Assembly (NCBI RefSeq): GCF_006345805.1
Contig: NC_043000.1
Span: 65,162,001 to 65,226,000 of the forward strand
From: Octopus sinensis
Lineage: Eukaryota
Reading direction: 5' to 3'
Length of the DNA: 64,000 nt
Positions 25,681 through 38,638 of the stretch are shown here, piece after piece. How positions within the stretch are numbered: position 1 is the stretch's first letter; every line of letters starts with the position of its first letter. A program made the position numbers and the translations under genes. The notes under the pieces are model-generated. The model was not told the DNA's origin. It saw only the letters and a list, made by a program, of their open reading frames with translations, and did no database searches.

Positions 25681-26220
25681 GGAGGAGTGGATACATAATT
25701 GCTGCTGTTGTTTAGATCCAGTTCAGCCATAACTGAGCAAAGTTATGAAAAAGTCGTTACAGCCATAGCAATCTTGTCTTTCTTTCAGATGTAAGGTATT
25801 TATATAACGTCTAGCAGCATACTTTTCTGCTATAAGACACCGAAGCGTACTCTAATGAGGGGCCTCGATGCTATTTCTAGCAGGTCTAACAACCACGTAC
25901 AAGCTTCCTTATTGGTTCGATAATTCAAATTTAATTTAAGGAGATGTTGGGATACTTATCTGCAAAAATAACAGCAGTATTGATAGCAATGATTAAAACC
26001 GTAATTGAGAATATAGTGATAACATTTCTGAACTATCAATCAATCAGACGGCCAATCAATGGATCGATATGTTTATCTGTTGTTTTATGTAAGACGTTTA
26101 TTATTGGTTGGTTCTCAGTTTCTAAAACTTTTCAGCAAGCTTTGCAGCTGAAGAGAAGATTGTATCAATTTTGCACAAGCCTTATGCACGTGTCTGTATA
26201 TTAATTCTCATCCATTTGAT

Positions 26221-26289
<69 letters not shown>

Positions 26290-26324
26290 GACACATACAT
26301 ACATACATACATACACACACACAC

Positions 26325-26375
<51 letters not shown>

Positions 26376-26419
26376 GTGTGTGTAAGAGAGAGAGAGAGTG
26401 AGTGAATGAAAGAGAGAGA

Positions 26420-26575
26420 GAAGAGAAATAGCCTTGGCTGTGTTTACTTCTCAGTTACATGGTTCTAGGTTCGGTCCCATTTCTTGGCACCAGTAACTTA
26501 CTATAGATAGCCACAGGCCTACCAAAGCTTTGTGGTGGGGATCTGCTAGACGGAAACTGAAAAGAAGCCCATCGA

Positions 26576-26622
<47 letters not shown>

Positions 26623-26770
26623 GCTTACCTTTGAGTTTGTCCCCATCATCATTTTTTGACGACTGGCGTTGTTTCGTTTACGTCCCTGTAACATAACTGT
26701 TCGGCAAAAGACACCTAGAAGTACCAAACTTAAAAAGGCTGAAGTTTAATGACTGAAACGAGTAAAGGAT
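26420..26770 (+). mobile_element. SINE family B, diverged, internal (TG)n
   Basis: Head and core, AGACGGAAACTGAAAAGAAGCCC, (TG)n, and 3' module TTCGGCAAAAGA...AATGACTGAAAC. Confidence 0.8.
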
Positions 26771-27263
26771 CTCTCTCTCCTCTTCTCCTTTACTCTCTGT
26801 CCCTCTCTCGTTGCTCAAACGTGACCATCTTCCATCTTTCTTTTCCTCACTTGATCATCTTTCTTTTCCTTCAGTGCTGTAGTAGAGACTGCACGTATCC
26901 TATCTGTCTCTCTCTTCTATCTTTTCGCTTGTCAAAGACAATATTTCTCCAGCATTTGCTACTTTACCTCTCCATGTTTGTTTTCGTTCGGTTTCCTTGT
27001 ATGTCTCCTTTGTCCTGTTTTTGTTAACTTTGAACCTCTGCAAATCCAAAATCTTATCTTTGTTTTTGCGTGAGCAACTGCCTTCGAAGTGTCATATTGT
27101 CGTCCAATGCTCAAAATGAAGAGTACATGGACAAACGACAACTGATGAAGGGTTGTTCTTTATGTTACTTGTCCGGTTTCCCATTTGTTTCTCTCGTTGT
27201 TTGCGTATTCAACTCATTTGTTTTCGTATTTCATGTTGTTTTACGGTTTGTGACGTCCTGCAC

Positions 27264-27304
<41 letters not shown>

Positions 27305-27388
27305 TATATATATATATATATGTACATATATGTATGCATATATGTATATATTATTTATATATATATATATGTGTGTGTGTGTGTATAC

Positions 27389-27430
<42 letters not shown>

Positions 27431-27535
27431 ATACATATATATATATATATATATATATAGTCAATTTAGGGTAGCAAAAAAATTCAATAGAAATTTATCG
27501 CAACCAGTGACCTGTTGGGGTCACTCCTAAATCGT

Positions 27536-27567
<32 letters not shown>

Positions 27568-29777
27568 AAACTGATGAGAGTTAACACTAATAGCTGACAC
27601 TAAAGAAAACTTTTAAAAGCTCATTATCACCAACATTTTATCTGACACAAATATTTCCGATATAAAATAAAATTTATGTAATTCCTCGTATTTCCATGTA
27701 TATATACAAAGAAAGTCGAGGTTAAGTAATATCATGATAACCAAGCGACTTCATTTACTTAGTAAATTTTCTCAACTGTGACTAACAGTATATCCAGAGA
27801 AATAAATTCGTTTGGAGATAAGAGAAAATAACATGCATAAATGTTTGTCTCTCGCCTATGTTAGTCAACGTGTTGAAGCTAACTCTAGTTCTAGGATGAA
27901 TATTACGCTCGCTTCCAGACGCTTCTGTCTCTGTTGTTAGATAATATTTCAACAGGAAATTCCACCTCCATATCAGTTACACTTTCGCCTTTTGCAGGCC
28001 AATTATCTCGTTATCTCTTCCGCAAATCTTTATTTCTAATATAAGGTTCTAATTTTCTGCTCTCTGATCTTTCTTATCTTTCATTCTGCAGTTTAAATTC
28101 AGAAGCACAATTTTGTAACAGACATCCCAGATGATGCTGACAAGCTATCAAATGTAACCAACTGCATTCATGCGCGCTAGTGAGGACGCCTCTATGTGGC
28201 ATGACCATTTGACCTGCTAGAAATAGCAACTATATCTCTCACACATTATGTTGATACTACTTATTGTCATACTACTTGTTATTTTAAAAAGTAAAAGACA
28301 CGTTTTGATAATGTAGTACTAGATAACCATAAAAAAACGTAGCAGGTCACTTGTCGGTATACAAGTCCAAGTGATATTTCTCTGAAGATGTTCGGTCTAT
28401 GACTACATTCATACATAAATACGTTCATTTATCTATATATGCATACATATGTAACGAAAAGCTTCCTAGATTCTGATCCAGGATTCGAAACCAAATCTAC
28501 ATATTTCAACCAGTTCTCTTTGTATTGTTCTCGGTTTTTGCACTTAGAAATTTATGGGAATCGACTATCACACGTGAACATTCTTAGGTTAAATAGGGTT
28601 CAGGCAGATAAGAGACGAAAAATACTTTATCTAACCTGACCTAATTTAATTAGAAAAATATAAATACAGAACCCCAAATCGGTTTTATCTCTTTGGACAC
28701 TTGGCACCGAGCCGAAGAGCATCTATTTCTCTCTCTTAACCTATGGATTGTCATCGCACGACTCAAGTTAGAGAAGGGGTGCGTATTATATACAAGGTTT
28801 CGGTTTTTCAGAAGTACCGCCCCCTAAAAATTCCCTGCATATTATACTCAAGGGCAGACTATACTCGAGGATTTACGGTACATAAAACAAAACATACAAA
28901 TCTGCACATGCACTGAGTCAAATTTTGCACAAATACTTTGTTGGCGTTGTTTAAAAATCCAATGATGAAGCCTTGGATCTAGGTTAGAAACCGATTCTTT
29001 TTCTATTGGCAAGAAGTCTAGAAATAAAACTGAATAATAAACATACAAACATGAATGCAAACATACATACATACATACATACATACATACATACATACAT
29101 ACATACATACATACATACATACATACATACATACATACATACATACACACACACATACATACATATAAACGCTATGTGTAATACACATGACTAGTTTCGC
29201 TTGGTTATTGCTAGATCAATAGAAGAGCCAACTTCGTTCTATAGAGAAACTATCATACAACTACGAATGACAAATGTTATGAGTAACAAGCAAACAAGGT
29301 TAGTAATACTTATTTAGTAAAATACTAAGAGAGCACACGCGCAGTGTGCAGTGTATGTATATGTATTTGTGTATGTGAGTGAACACACACATGTAATGGA
29401 TCTCCGGCAATTTCGACGATGTTTTTAGTTGATCAACTGAACTACCTATTCTTTGACTGACCGTGTAAGTGGCTGAGTACTTCACAGACACATGTACCCT
29501 TAATGTAATTGTCAGGCGGAGTCAGCGAAACACTGTGACGATATCAGACTGTTAAATTACAAATATTATCAAAGCGACGGACTTTCGTGCAATTTCATGC
29601 ACACATAGGCTCGCGCGCACACACATACTCACACTCACATACGACGTGCACACACGCAAACACATATATGTATGTAGTTATCTATGTGTATGTACGTATG
29701 CACGTATGTATGTGTATTTGTGTTTGTACGCATGTATGTACGTATATATATATGCATGTATGCATGTATGTATGCAC

Positions 29778-29818
<41 letters not shown>

Positions 29819-30489
29819 TGTATGTAGATATACGCATGTACGTACTCATGCATGTATATAAGGCACCAGCTTCGATCCTATTTCGTGATATCTCAGTCAA
29901 ATGTCTTCTAATGTAAACTGAAGTATGTATGTATGCATTTATGCATGTCTGTATGCCTATATGTATGTATTTAAAATAATTGTTTAATAGCCTATTGATA
30001 AATAACGGATAATATCGAATCCCTCAAAGAATCCTACAGAGCGTCATGTGATTTCGCCATCAAATCCTGGTTGGAGGTCGACATTACCTATTATTTTCCC
30101 AAGATTGATCTTAACATGTACAAATTAATTTTGTCACAATGAGTTTGTAACGGAACAAAATCCTTTAGCTGTCAATATGAATATTGAAATAGTGACTTTT
30201 TAAAACAACTAGGCTAGTGTTGGACAGTACATTAGTACTTGTGATCGTAGGCATGACTGAGTGGTTAAAAAGTCGGCTTCCTAATTATAAGGCACCAGGT
30301 TCGATCAGTCAAATGTCTTCTAATGTAGACTTAAGTCCACACAAGACTTGTGAATGAAAGGGGGCAGATGGAAATGATGTGGAAGCTCGTCGGATTGACA
30401 GTAAATTGTGTTCAAAGACTCAGTTTTGTTATACACAGTGTATCACTGGTTATACCTGAGAATTATGTGAAAGGTACACGCGTCTCTCT

Positions 30490-30995
30490 ACCAAAAGGTC
30501 CAGTCCCTGTTTCAATGTGGTGGTTTGTATGTCCCCATGACCCTGAAAGCTATGTTAGCAGGACGCAAGCTCCTGTTAGGGCCATCCATACTGGACAGGT
30601 CAAAGTGTTGGGACCAGGCTGATACGAACCATCTCTTCCCAGAGCTAAAAATGAGTTTGCGTGGGGCCAAAGTCTCTACGAAGAAAAAAAAATAATAACA
30701 GATAGAAGCATCGAGGAAAACCCAAACCCAACAAAACTTAGACGGGAAAGGCCTTCTCTAAGGGAAAATATGATGCGGAACTGCAAAATCCTAAAGGACA
30801 CGTCAGGCTCTGGCCGAAAACTATCAGGGAAGTGGAAGAGAAGACACCCTAAAAATAGCTGAATGTGAAATACTGAAGCTGAGCTGAATAGACAGGACTC
30901 CATGCGGAAAAAAGCAGAAAAGACAACCCAGAGTCGAGAACAGTATAGAAAAGTCGTCGATGGCTTACACTCCATAGGGAGTAAAAGGCTTAAGT
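30490..30995 (+). mobile_element. RTE-derived short element (5' UTR-like part fused to ORF 3' end) nested in a family C SINE
   Basis: 5' CCCCATGACCCTGAAAGCTATGTTAGCAGG...GGACAGGTCAAAG, resembling an RTE 5' UTR; 3' ...RHPKNS...YRKVVDGLHSIGSKRLK*. The two flanks are consecutive halves of the family C tail. Confidence 0.65.
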
Positions 30996-31135
30996 AAGTG
31001 CAAGTGTCTGTGAAATACTCGGTCACTTATATGCCAAGAATTCCGTTGGTCGAATAACTGAAATACACATTATTTAACTGACAGGGAATTCATTTCAATT
31101 TATTTATTTACCGTTACTGTATTTACGTTATCAAA

Positions 31136-31345
31136 GGCGGCGAGCTGGCAGAACCGTTGGCACGGCAGGCAAAATGCTTAGTGGCATTTCGTCCGTTTTT
31201 ATGTTTAGAGTTCAAATTCCGCCGAGGTCCACTTTTTTCTTCATCCTTTCGGGGTCGGCAAAATAAGTAGCAGTTGAACACTGGAGTCGATGTAATCGAC
31301 TTAGCCTCTCCCCCAAACCTGTTAGTCTTGTGCCAAAATTTGAAA
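31136..31345 (+). mobile_element. SINE family A monomer
   Basis: GGCGGCGAGCTGGCAGAACCGTTGGCACG...GTTCAAATTCCGCCGAGGTC. Confidence 0.9.
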
Positions 31346-32020
31346 CTAATTTATCTGCTATAAAGTGATGAAAAGTAGACAACTTTACTGTGATTCGAAC
31401 TCTAAAAATAGTAAGCATACACTTTAAATACTAAATGGTGCATAACCCATCGTTCTACTATTTCTACCAACTTGTCGAGCTTAATATACTAAAATCTAGC
31501 TCCCTTTTGCTATTTAAATTCTCTTATCTTCTCCTCACTCTCTTTTATTTTTACTGCTTATATTTTTCCCATTTAGAATGAAAATATGCCATAAAAGTAT
31601 AATTACTTTAAATACCGCAAACTTTCTAACGTTATTTCTATTATAAAACTTCAAAAAACACATTCTTATAGCTGATGATTTATTTACTGAAGCCGATTAA
31701 CTCTACGTATAATGTTTCATATTAACATCCTTTCATTTTCATACCTTTAATAGTTTCTTCTTTTATCCTGTAATAGTTTAGACTAGGGAATTATTTTCTT
31801 GTTTCTTACCGCTTGGCAGCGATATATTCTATTTTTCGCAAGGTCTTTTGAAAAATAATTAACTTCTTGTTCTTTGATCGGTTAGAATCTCAGAATAAGG
31901 AACTGATGGAGAAGAGTACAGAAAAACTGTTAATATTCAGATATATTTAAGACATTTTTAGACAGCTTCAGGTATTAAATGTCAAAAGGACCGATAACTG
32001 ACTTGGGTAAATTTTCAACT

Positions 32021-32120
32021 NNNNNNNNNNNNNNNNNNNNNNNNNNNNNNNNNNNNNNNNNNNNNNNNNNNNNNNNNNNNNNNNNNNNNNNNNNNNNNNN
32101 NNNNNNNNNNNNNNNNNNNN
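32021..32120. other. Assembly gap (100 N)
   Basis: Run of n. Confidence 1.
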
Positions 32121-32295
32121 CAAGACAAGAGGAAGACCGCGCTACGAAGCTTTTGAACAACTCAAGCATCCCCTCCAACCGAACATGGCTTTGATTTTTC
32201 TCAGACGAGAAGAATTTCTGCCAGCATCAGATGAAGAACACACAGAACAACCATTGGCTTGCCGTGTCCTCGAAACATGTACCGAAAGGAATAAA
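32121..32295 (+). mobile_element. Tc1/mariner (maT/DD37D-like) transposase fragment
   Basis: Alternative frame reads FFSDEKNFCQHQMKNTQNNHWLAVS. The SDEKNF and QNxxW motifs are typical of this group. Family assignment is tentative because the second D region is absent. Confidence 0.7.
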
Positions 32296-32899
32296 AAGGT
32301 AGTGCGTATGTGTGGAGTGTATGTGTGTTTGTGTGTGTGTGTATATATTATAAATAAGTTTCCATTGGTATACTTAATAAACATGTACTTAACTTAGCTA
32401 TGTAAACAGATCTGTAGTTAAAACACGAGCTTGTCTCCAAGATATTAATTCTACGATCATTAAACATACACATATAAATTCATTTATAAGTTACTCACTC
32501 ATACTCATACACTCACATACACAAATACATATACATACACTGCACACTGCGCGTGTGCTCTCTTAGTATTTTACTAAATAAGTATTACTAACCTTGTTTG
32601 CTTGTTACTCATAACATTTGTCATTCGTAGTTGTATGATAGTTTCTCAATAGCACGAAGTTGGCTCTTCTATTGATCTAGCAATAACCAAGCGAAACTAG
32701 TCATGTGTATTACACATAGCGTTTATATGTATGTATGTATGTATGTATGTACTTACGCGCAGGTATAATACAAATGGAAACGAAAATATAACATCACATA
32801 TCAATGTGTGTGTGTGTATGGACATATGTATATAAATTTATATAAATAAGGATAATATCGATATTTGAATACCGATCTTATCAGGTGACTATGCTGGAC

Positions 32900-32904
32900 A
32901 TATG

Positions 32905-32938
<34 letters not shown>

Positions 32939-33038
32939 TATAGATAGATAGATAGATAGATGGATAGATAGATAGATAGATAGATGGATAAATGGATGGA
33001 TGGATGGATGGATGGATGGATGGATAGATAGATAGATG

Positions 33039-33095
<57 letters not shown>
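32900..33095. repeat. (GATA)n/(GGAT)n compound microsatellite
   Basis: Direct reading of the sequence. Confidence 0.95.
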
Positions 33096-33643
33096 GTGTG
33101 TGTGTACGTGTGTATGCTGCTGCGCGCGCGCGTGTATTTGTAGGGGACATAATTATGTTCCTCTAGGATATACATGTAAAAAAATTCCCACGTATATTCA
33201 CTTCAGCAACAGGGCCACAGAAGAGAAATTTACCCCAAGTAATATACCTTTAAATACATTAAAGACAAACATAAAGCAACATATGAGATAGCGTAAACAA
33301 ATTCGAAATGTAAATTTTGAGCAAAATCTTAGAAATAGAATTATCTGCAGTAGAGTGTTCTACAAACTCGGATATAAAATTTAGATCTCAGAATTGGAAC
33401 TACATCTATAAATATTCGTCAAGTAAATCTAGAATGTATTTTCTATGAAACATTATCCAAAGTCGGTATCGATCCTCTTGCAACATTGAAATATCCATCT
33501 TCGTATCAGTGATCTATAAGTAGTTTTTGGCTAAATCAAGTGATGTTTTTTGAGTAATCTATAGTAAGAGAGTGGAAATAATGTATTATTATATAAAACC
33601 GTAGTAATTTGTATTATTATTTGTTATTATGCTATTGAACCAG

Positions 33644-33700
33644 GTTACTATTGTCTGGGAAACCGGAAAGCGAAACTAAGTCACGTTTGTAAAGTTTCAG
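33644..33700 (+). CDS. Candidate 57-nt phase 1-1 exon (GYYCLGNRKAKLSHVCKVS)
   Basis: aaccag acceptor, CAG|GTATCT donor, length a multiple of 3, open frame in non-repeat sequence. No homology recognised. Confidence 0.35.
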
Positions 33701-33829
33701 GTATCTGAGTACTTTCTTGGAATTCTTATGTATGTATGTATGTATGTATGTGTGTATATATATATATATATGGTGTATATGTGTGTGTGCGTGTGTGTAT
33801 GTGTGTGTGTATGTATGTATATATAATAT

Positions 33830-33862
<33 letters not shown>

Positions 33863-33879
33863 GCAGTATATACCCTCTT

Positions 33880-34080
33880 TTACTCTTTTACTTGTTTCAG
33901 CCATTTCATTTGACTGTGGCCATGCTGCAGCAACGCCTTTTAGTCGAATAAATCGACCCCAGGACCTATTCTTTGTAAACCTAGTGCGGTCTCTTTTGCC
34001 GAACCGCTAAATGACGGGGAGGTAAACATACCAACATCGGTTGTCAAGCGATGGTGGGGGTGGGGGCGACTAACACAAAC
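33880..34080 (-). mobile_element. SINE family B, 3' module
   Basis: TTTCATTTGACTGTGGCCATGCTG...CCAACATCGGTTGTCAAGCG on the + strand. Confidence 0.85.
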
Positions 34081-34095
34081 GCACAAATACATACA

Positions 34096-34131
<36 letters not shown>

Positions 34132-34300
34132 TACATGCATGCATGCATACATACATACATATATACATACATGCATGCATGCATACATACATACAGACAG
34201 ACAGACAGACACACATACACACAGATAGACAGACAGATATATAGATAGATAAATTAATAAATAAATAAATGGAATTAAACGCAGGTGTTATTCAAATTCT

Positions 34301-34396
34301 TTTACTTCTAACATATGTTTCGAAGACAACATTGGTATTATTCCAGAAGGACTAAAATGGTGTAAAACAATGCAATCTTCTCATCAGGGAAATAAA
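34301..34396 (-). ncRNA. Type I hammerhead ribozyme (Penelope-associated type), extended stem II
   Basis: Minus strand reads UUUAUUUCC-CUGAUGA-GAAGAUUGCAUUG...CAAUGUUGUCUUC-GAAA-CAUAUG-UU-AGAAGUAAA. Core intact. Stem II is 13 bp with 1 mismatch and 2 GU pairs; stem III is short and palindromic (CAUAUG); stem I has 8 of 9 pairs. Confidence 0.7.
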
Positions 34397-34664
34397 CCAA
34401 ACACAACAGAATGTGATGTGATGACTGCGTATAATGATGAAGGGAACGCTATTAAGTTTTAAAAAAAAAACGTTAGTAGATATAGCGTCAAAGGTAGCAT
34501 ATAGAAAGAGGAGGAGAAGGAAATAAATTAGCAGAAAACTAATAGTGGCGAAATATAGAGCGATGGGTTTAATTAGAATAAAGCGTAAAAGCGTGGAATT
34601 AGATATATTTAGCGGAATTGAAATGTGAGAAGACAATCAAAGGTCAAATTATATAGAAATAAGC

Positions 34665-35135
<471 letters not shown>

Positions 35136-35389
35136 AGAGAACTAGTAGAAATCACTTATAGGATCTAAAGGTATGTTTCTGCCAATGCTTGCAACGATAG
35201 TGTTCTATAAATGTGTTTACAAGGGGATTCTTTGTGAATAGAATATAAAACATTTCGCTATTACAAAGTGAGCAGAAATGTTTACCTTTATCATACTTAT
35301 ATATATATATATATTTATATATATATACAGAGAGTGAGAGAGAGAGAGAGAGAGATTTACAATCAAGCACTGACCTTCATTGAAAATAC

Positions 35390-36030
35390 TATACAGACTA
35401 TGACTTGTAAGGTTCTTCATTAATGTGGACTACCAGCTCCAGTACAAACTGCTGCTTTAACTTTCAGTCGAGAGATTCTACAGGCAACCAGCCAGAAGAT
35501 TCAATGACTGGAATAGTATGTCCACTAGAATTAATTACTCTTGGTTCCAGATAAATAAAAGAATATACACATAAATAAAAACTTTAAATAATAAATAGAT
35601 CAAACTATCTGTAACATGTAACTCAAGGAGAAAAGATTGTTGTGATACCTATAGTGGACAAGGTAAAACGTTTTTGATGAACTTAGTTTTGGCAAAAATT
35701 CGGAAAATTCAAACTGTTATTACATTGACCTCGTCTGGAATTGCTGCAACTAATGTTCTCACAGATTGCAGGATGGCTCATGCTGCTTTTAAGCTGCCAC
35801 TCAATCTTGAACTCAATGACATTTGTATATAACATTGCCAAATGACCTGGACAGGCAGTTTCTGAATCAGGCCAACCTAAAAGTGTGCAATGAGGATACA
35901 AAATCTTACAGACCTGCATTTAAGATTATTGGTCATATCTTAACACAGCAGTAACAATTACATTATAAGTGAAGTCATAGACTTTCTGAAGATTTCAAGG
36001 AAACTCCGCCAGACTTTTCATGCAGCCAGG
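35390..36030 (+). mobile_element. Helitron PIF1-like helicase remnant
   Basis: SGQGKTFLMNLVLAKIR (Walker A), TSSGIAAT, AHAAFKLPLNL. Contains stops and frameshifts. Confidence 0.85.
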
Positions 36031-37609
36031 TGAATTGATTTGCCTGTTTTTCTTTCGTGAGATATGATTTTGCTTATGGAAGTTAAAATTTCTACAGCTA
36101 ATTTTCGTGAAGTGGTCTCAAATGGACGTGCTGTTGCACAAAGAATATACAAGTATTTGATATTATCTTACATATAATGATATATACAGGTTTCTTGTTG
36201 TGTACACTTAGTCAGCTCTGATAAAAAATAGACCTAAAGCATGAAACTAAGTAATCGAACGCTGCAATTCCTGATGCATCGATAACAGTGTAACAATTTT
36301 TTTCTTGTCTTTGGTCACTAAATGATATTTCCTATTTGCTTCTATCTAGAAATTAAGAGACATGACTACTATTCCCTTCAATCTTTGCTTTTATGATCTG
36401 GACATGAATGTTTTGAAACTGAACTATTTTCCATTTCAGACAGATTCAGTACTGAGTTGTTGGTGCAGAAATATCGTTATAGCAAATATTCTGCTCAATA
36501 TCACAGATTTGCGTGCCAGTTGCTTGATCATAACCACTTGAGCATGTCCCTTAGTGGTTGACAATTTGTGCGTCTTTGATCACAATCCGTAGCAGAGGAA
36601 TATCATAGCCATTTGTTGAGAAGGATTCTTTTGGATTTTAATAAATATCGTAACAAAATCAGAATTTGGAGGAAATATTAGCCAATTTTCATAGTTTCCA
36701 AGTTAAGCAAATAACAGTTGCTACCCAAGAACAAAGGTTGTGTTACTCTGTTGGCGGTTTCCATTTTATAGAAAGTAATGCTATTTGCTTACTATGTTGA
36801 GAGGGTCGAGCTACTGCATAGTTCACTTGAAAATGTAAATGTAGGCGGGGCTTGTTTGTTAATGTATGTACAGAATAGGTTGTAGTCAGTGATGTAATAT
36901 TTTCTATAGGGTAATATTACAATAAAATATATGATAAATTGATATTAGACTGACTTATGTACACAACAACAGTAGAATGAAGATCGTTAAAACATATCAT
37001 TTTTGTAATCTAGCTTTTGATTTTCTGTGTATTTCAGTAAATAAGACAGCCATTCCATTTTGAGAAAGAATCATCGAGTCTTAAGAAACAAAGTGTATCA
37101 TTGATTTCCAACTTAAATCATTAAATATATACTAGGATAATCGATAAAATGATTATTAGGAATTTCTTGTTATATCTTCTAGTTCATCGAAAATTAATAC
37201 ACAAATGAAATTTTCAATTTTCACTCATTGTGGCTGGATCTGTTGAAAATCGATAAATTATTAATTAATAATAACACAAAATCTTAATTGATGTCAAAAA
37301 CAGCACCCATCAACTGGTCTGGCTGTAACCTCATCAAAAGCAATCTACTAACCAAAACGTTTTTTATTTTCCACCTTGACGTGACCCAAATGATAATATT
37401 ACACTCTCTTCTAGTGGACCAAAGACAAAACTATCTAAAGATGATAGGTTCTGTTAGAATTTGAAATCAGTAATTTCTTTCATGACCAAGTTATGTCGGT
37501 ACATCAAACATTCTAGTGTCTCATAATTGCTTCCTTAATGATCTCCTCCGCCTTCATCAGTTTCTTTATTAATTCTAGTCACATTTGATCGACAAGAAAC
37601 TTTGTATTT

Positions 37610-38275
37610 TCTACATCATCATCATCATCATTTTCTTCTTCTTTTTTTTCTTCTTCTTCTTCTTCTTCATCATCTCGTCCTTCTTCTTCTTCATCATCTC
37701 GTCCTTCTTCTTCTTCTTCATCATCATCATCATCTCGTCCTTCTTCTTCAGCGTCATAGTCCTCCTCCTCCTCTCATCATCATCATCCTCATCGTCATCA
37801 TTTCCTGAGTTATTTTTCTCGTTTCTTCTTCTTCTTCTCCATCATCATCATCATCATCGTCGTTATCATTACCTGAGTTATTTTTCTCGTTTCTTCTTCT
37901 TCTTCTTCTTCTTCTTCATCATCATCTCGTCCTTCTTCTTCAGTGTCATAGTCCTCCTCCTCCTCCTCCTCATCATCATCATCATCACCATCATCATCAT
38001 CATTACCTGAGTTATTTTTCTCGTTTCTTCTTCTTCTTCTTCTCCATCATCATCATCATCGTCGTTATCATTACCTGAGTTATTTTTCTCGTTTCTTCTT
38101 CTTCTTCTTCTTCTTCTTCATCATCATCTCGTCCTTCTTCTTCAGTGTCATAGTCCTCCTCCTCCTCCTCCTCATCATCATCATCACCATCATCATCATC
38201 ATTACCTGAGTTATTTTTCTCGTTTCTTCTTCTTCTTCTTCTTCTTCTCTTCTTCTTTTTCTTCTTGTCTTTCCT
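37610..38275. repeat. Higher-order minisatellite built from (CAT)/(CTT)/(CCT) runs
   Basis: Anchor CCTGAGTTATTTTTCTCGTTTCTT occurs 5 times (about 37804, 37872, 38006, 38074, 38204), with alternating ~68 and ~130-134 bp spacing. Confidence 0.9.
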
Positions 38276-38524
38276 TATATTTCTTATCATAACTAAGACA
38301 TTACTGGTAATGAGTTCAGAGCCAACGGTTCAATCATTCAAACCCCGCCTATGTCAAAGGATCTTTTCATCTCTCTGCAATCAAGAACAGGTATACTACA
38401 AATAGTCGGTAAGGATACACATGTTTTTCTCAAACCTATTATGGAATACACTTGCAAAAGACAATGAGATGCACATCTTCGCTGGGTGGTGTAGCTGCCA
38501 TTTATGAACTACTACTACTACTAC

Positions 38525-38598
<74 letters not shown>

Positions 38599-38638
38599 GA
38601 AGAAGAAGAGAAGAAGAAGAAGAAGAAGAAGAAGAATT

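Noticed and set aside
25770-25800. Strong + acceptor followed by donors 2 or 7 nt later (microexon or recursive splice site)
   Set aside because: Not an exact AG|GT, and such motif pairs are expected by chance in 64 kb; no supporting context.
29860-30335. Two similar ATAAGGCACCAG...CAGTCAAATGTCTTCTAATGT segments
   Set aside because: Degenerate family B head fragments, at most a small local duplication.
37500-37565. Minus-strand CTGATGAAGGC; also + CTGATGA at 27571 and 49055
   Set aside because: No matching stem II closure with GAAA and no stem III/UH in the required order.
38012-38290. 92-aa K/R-then-D/E-rich ORF as an acidic protein
   Set aside because: It is part of the trinucleotide higher-order repeat and the frame shifts at every unit; kept only as a repeat finding.
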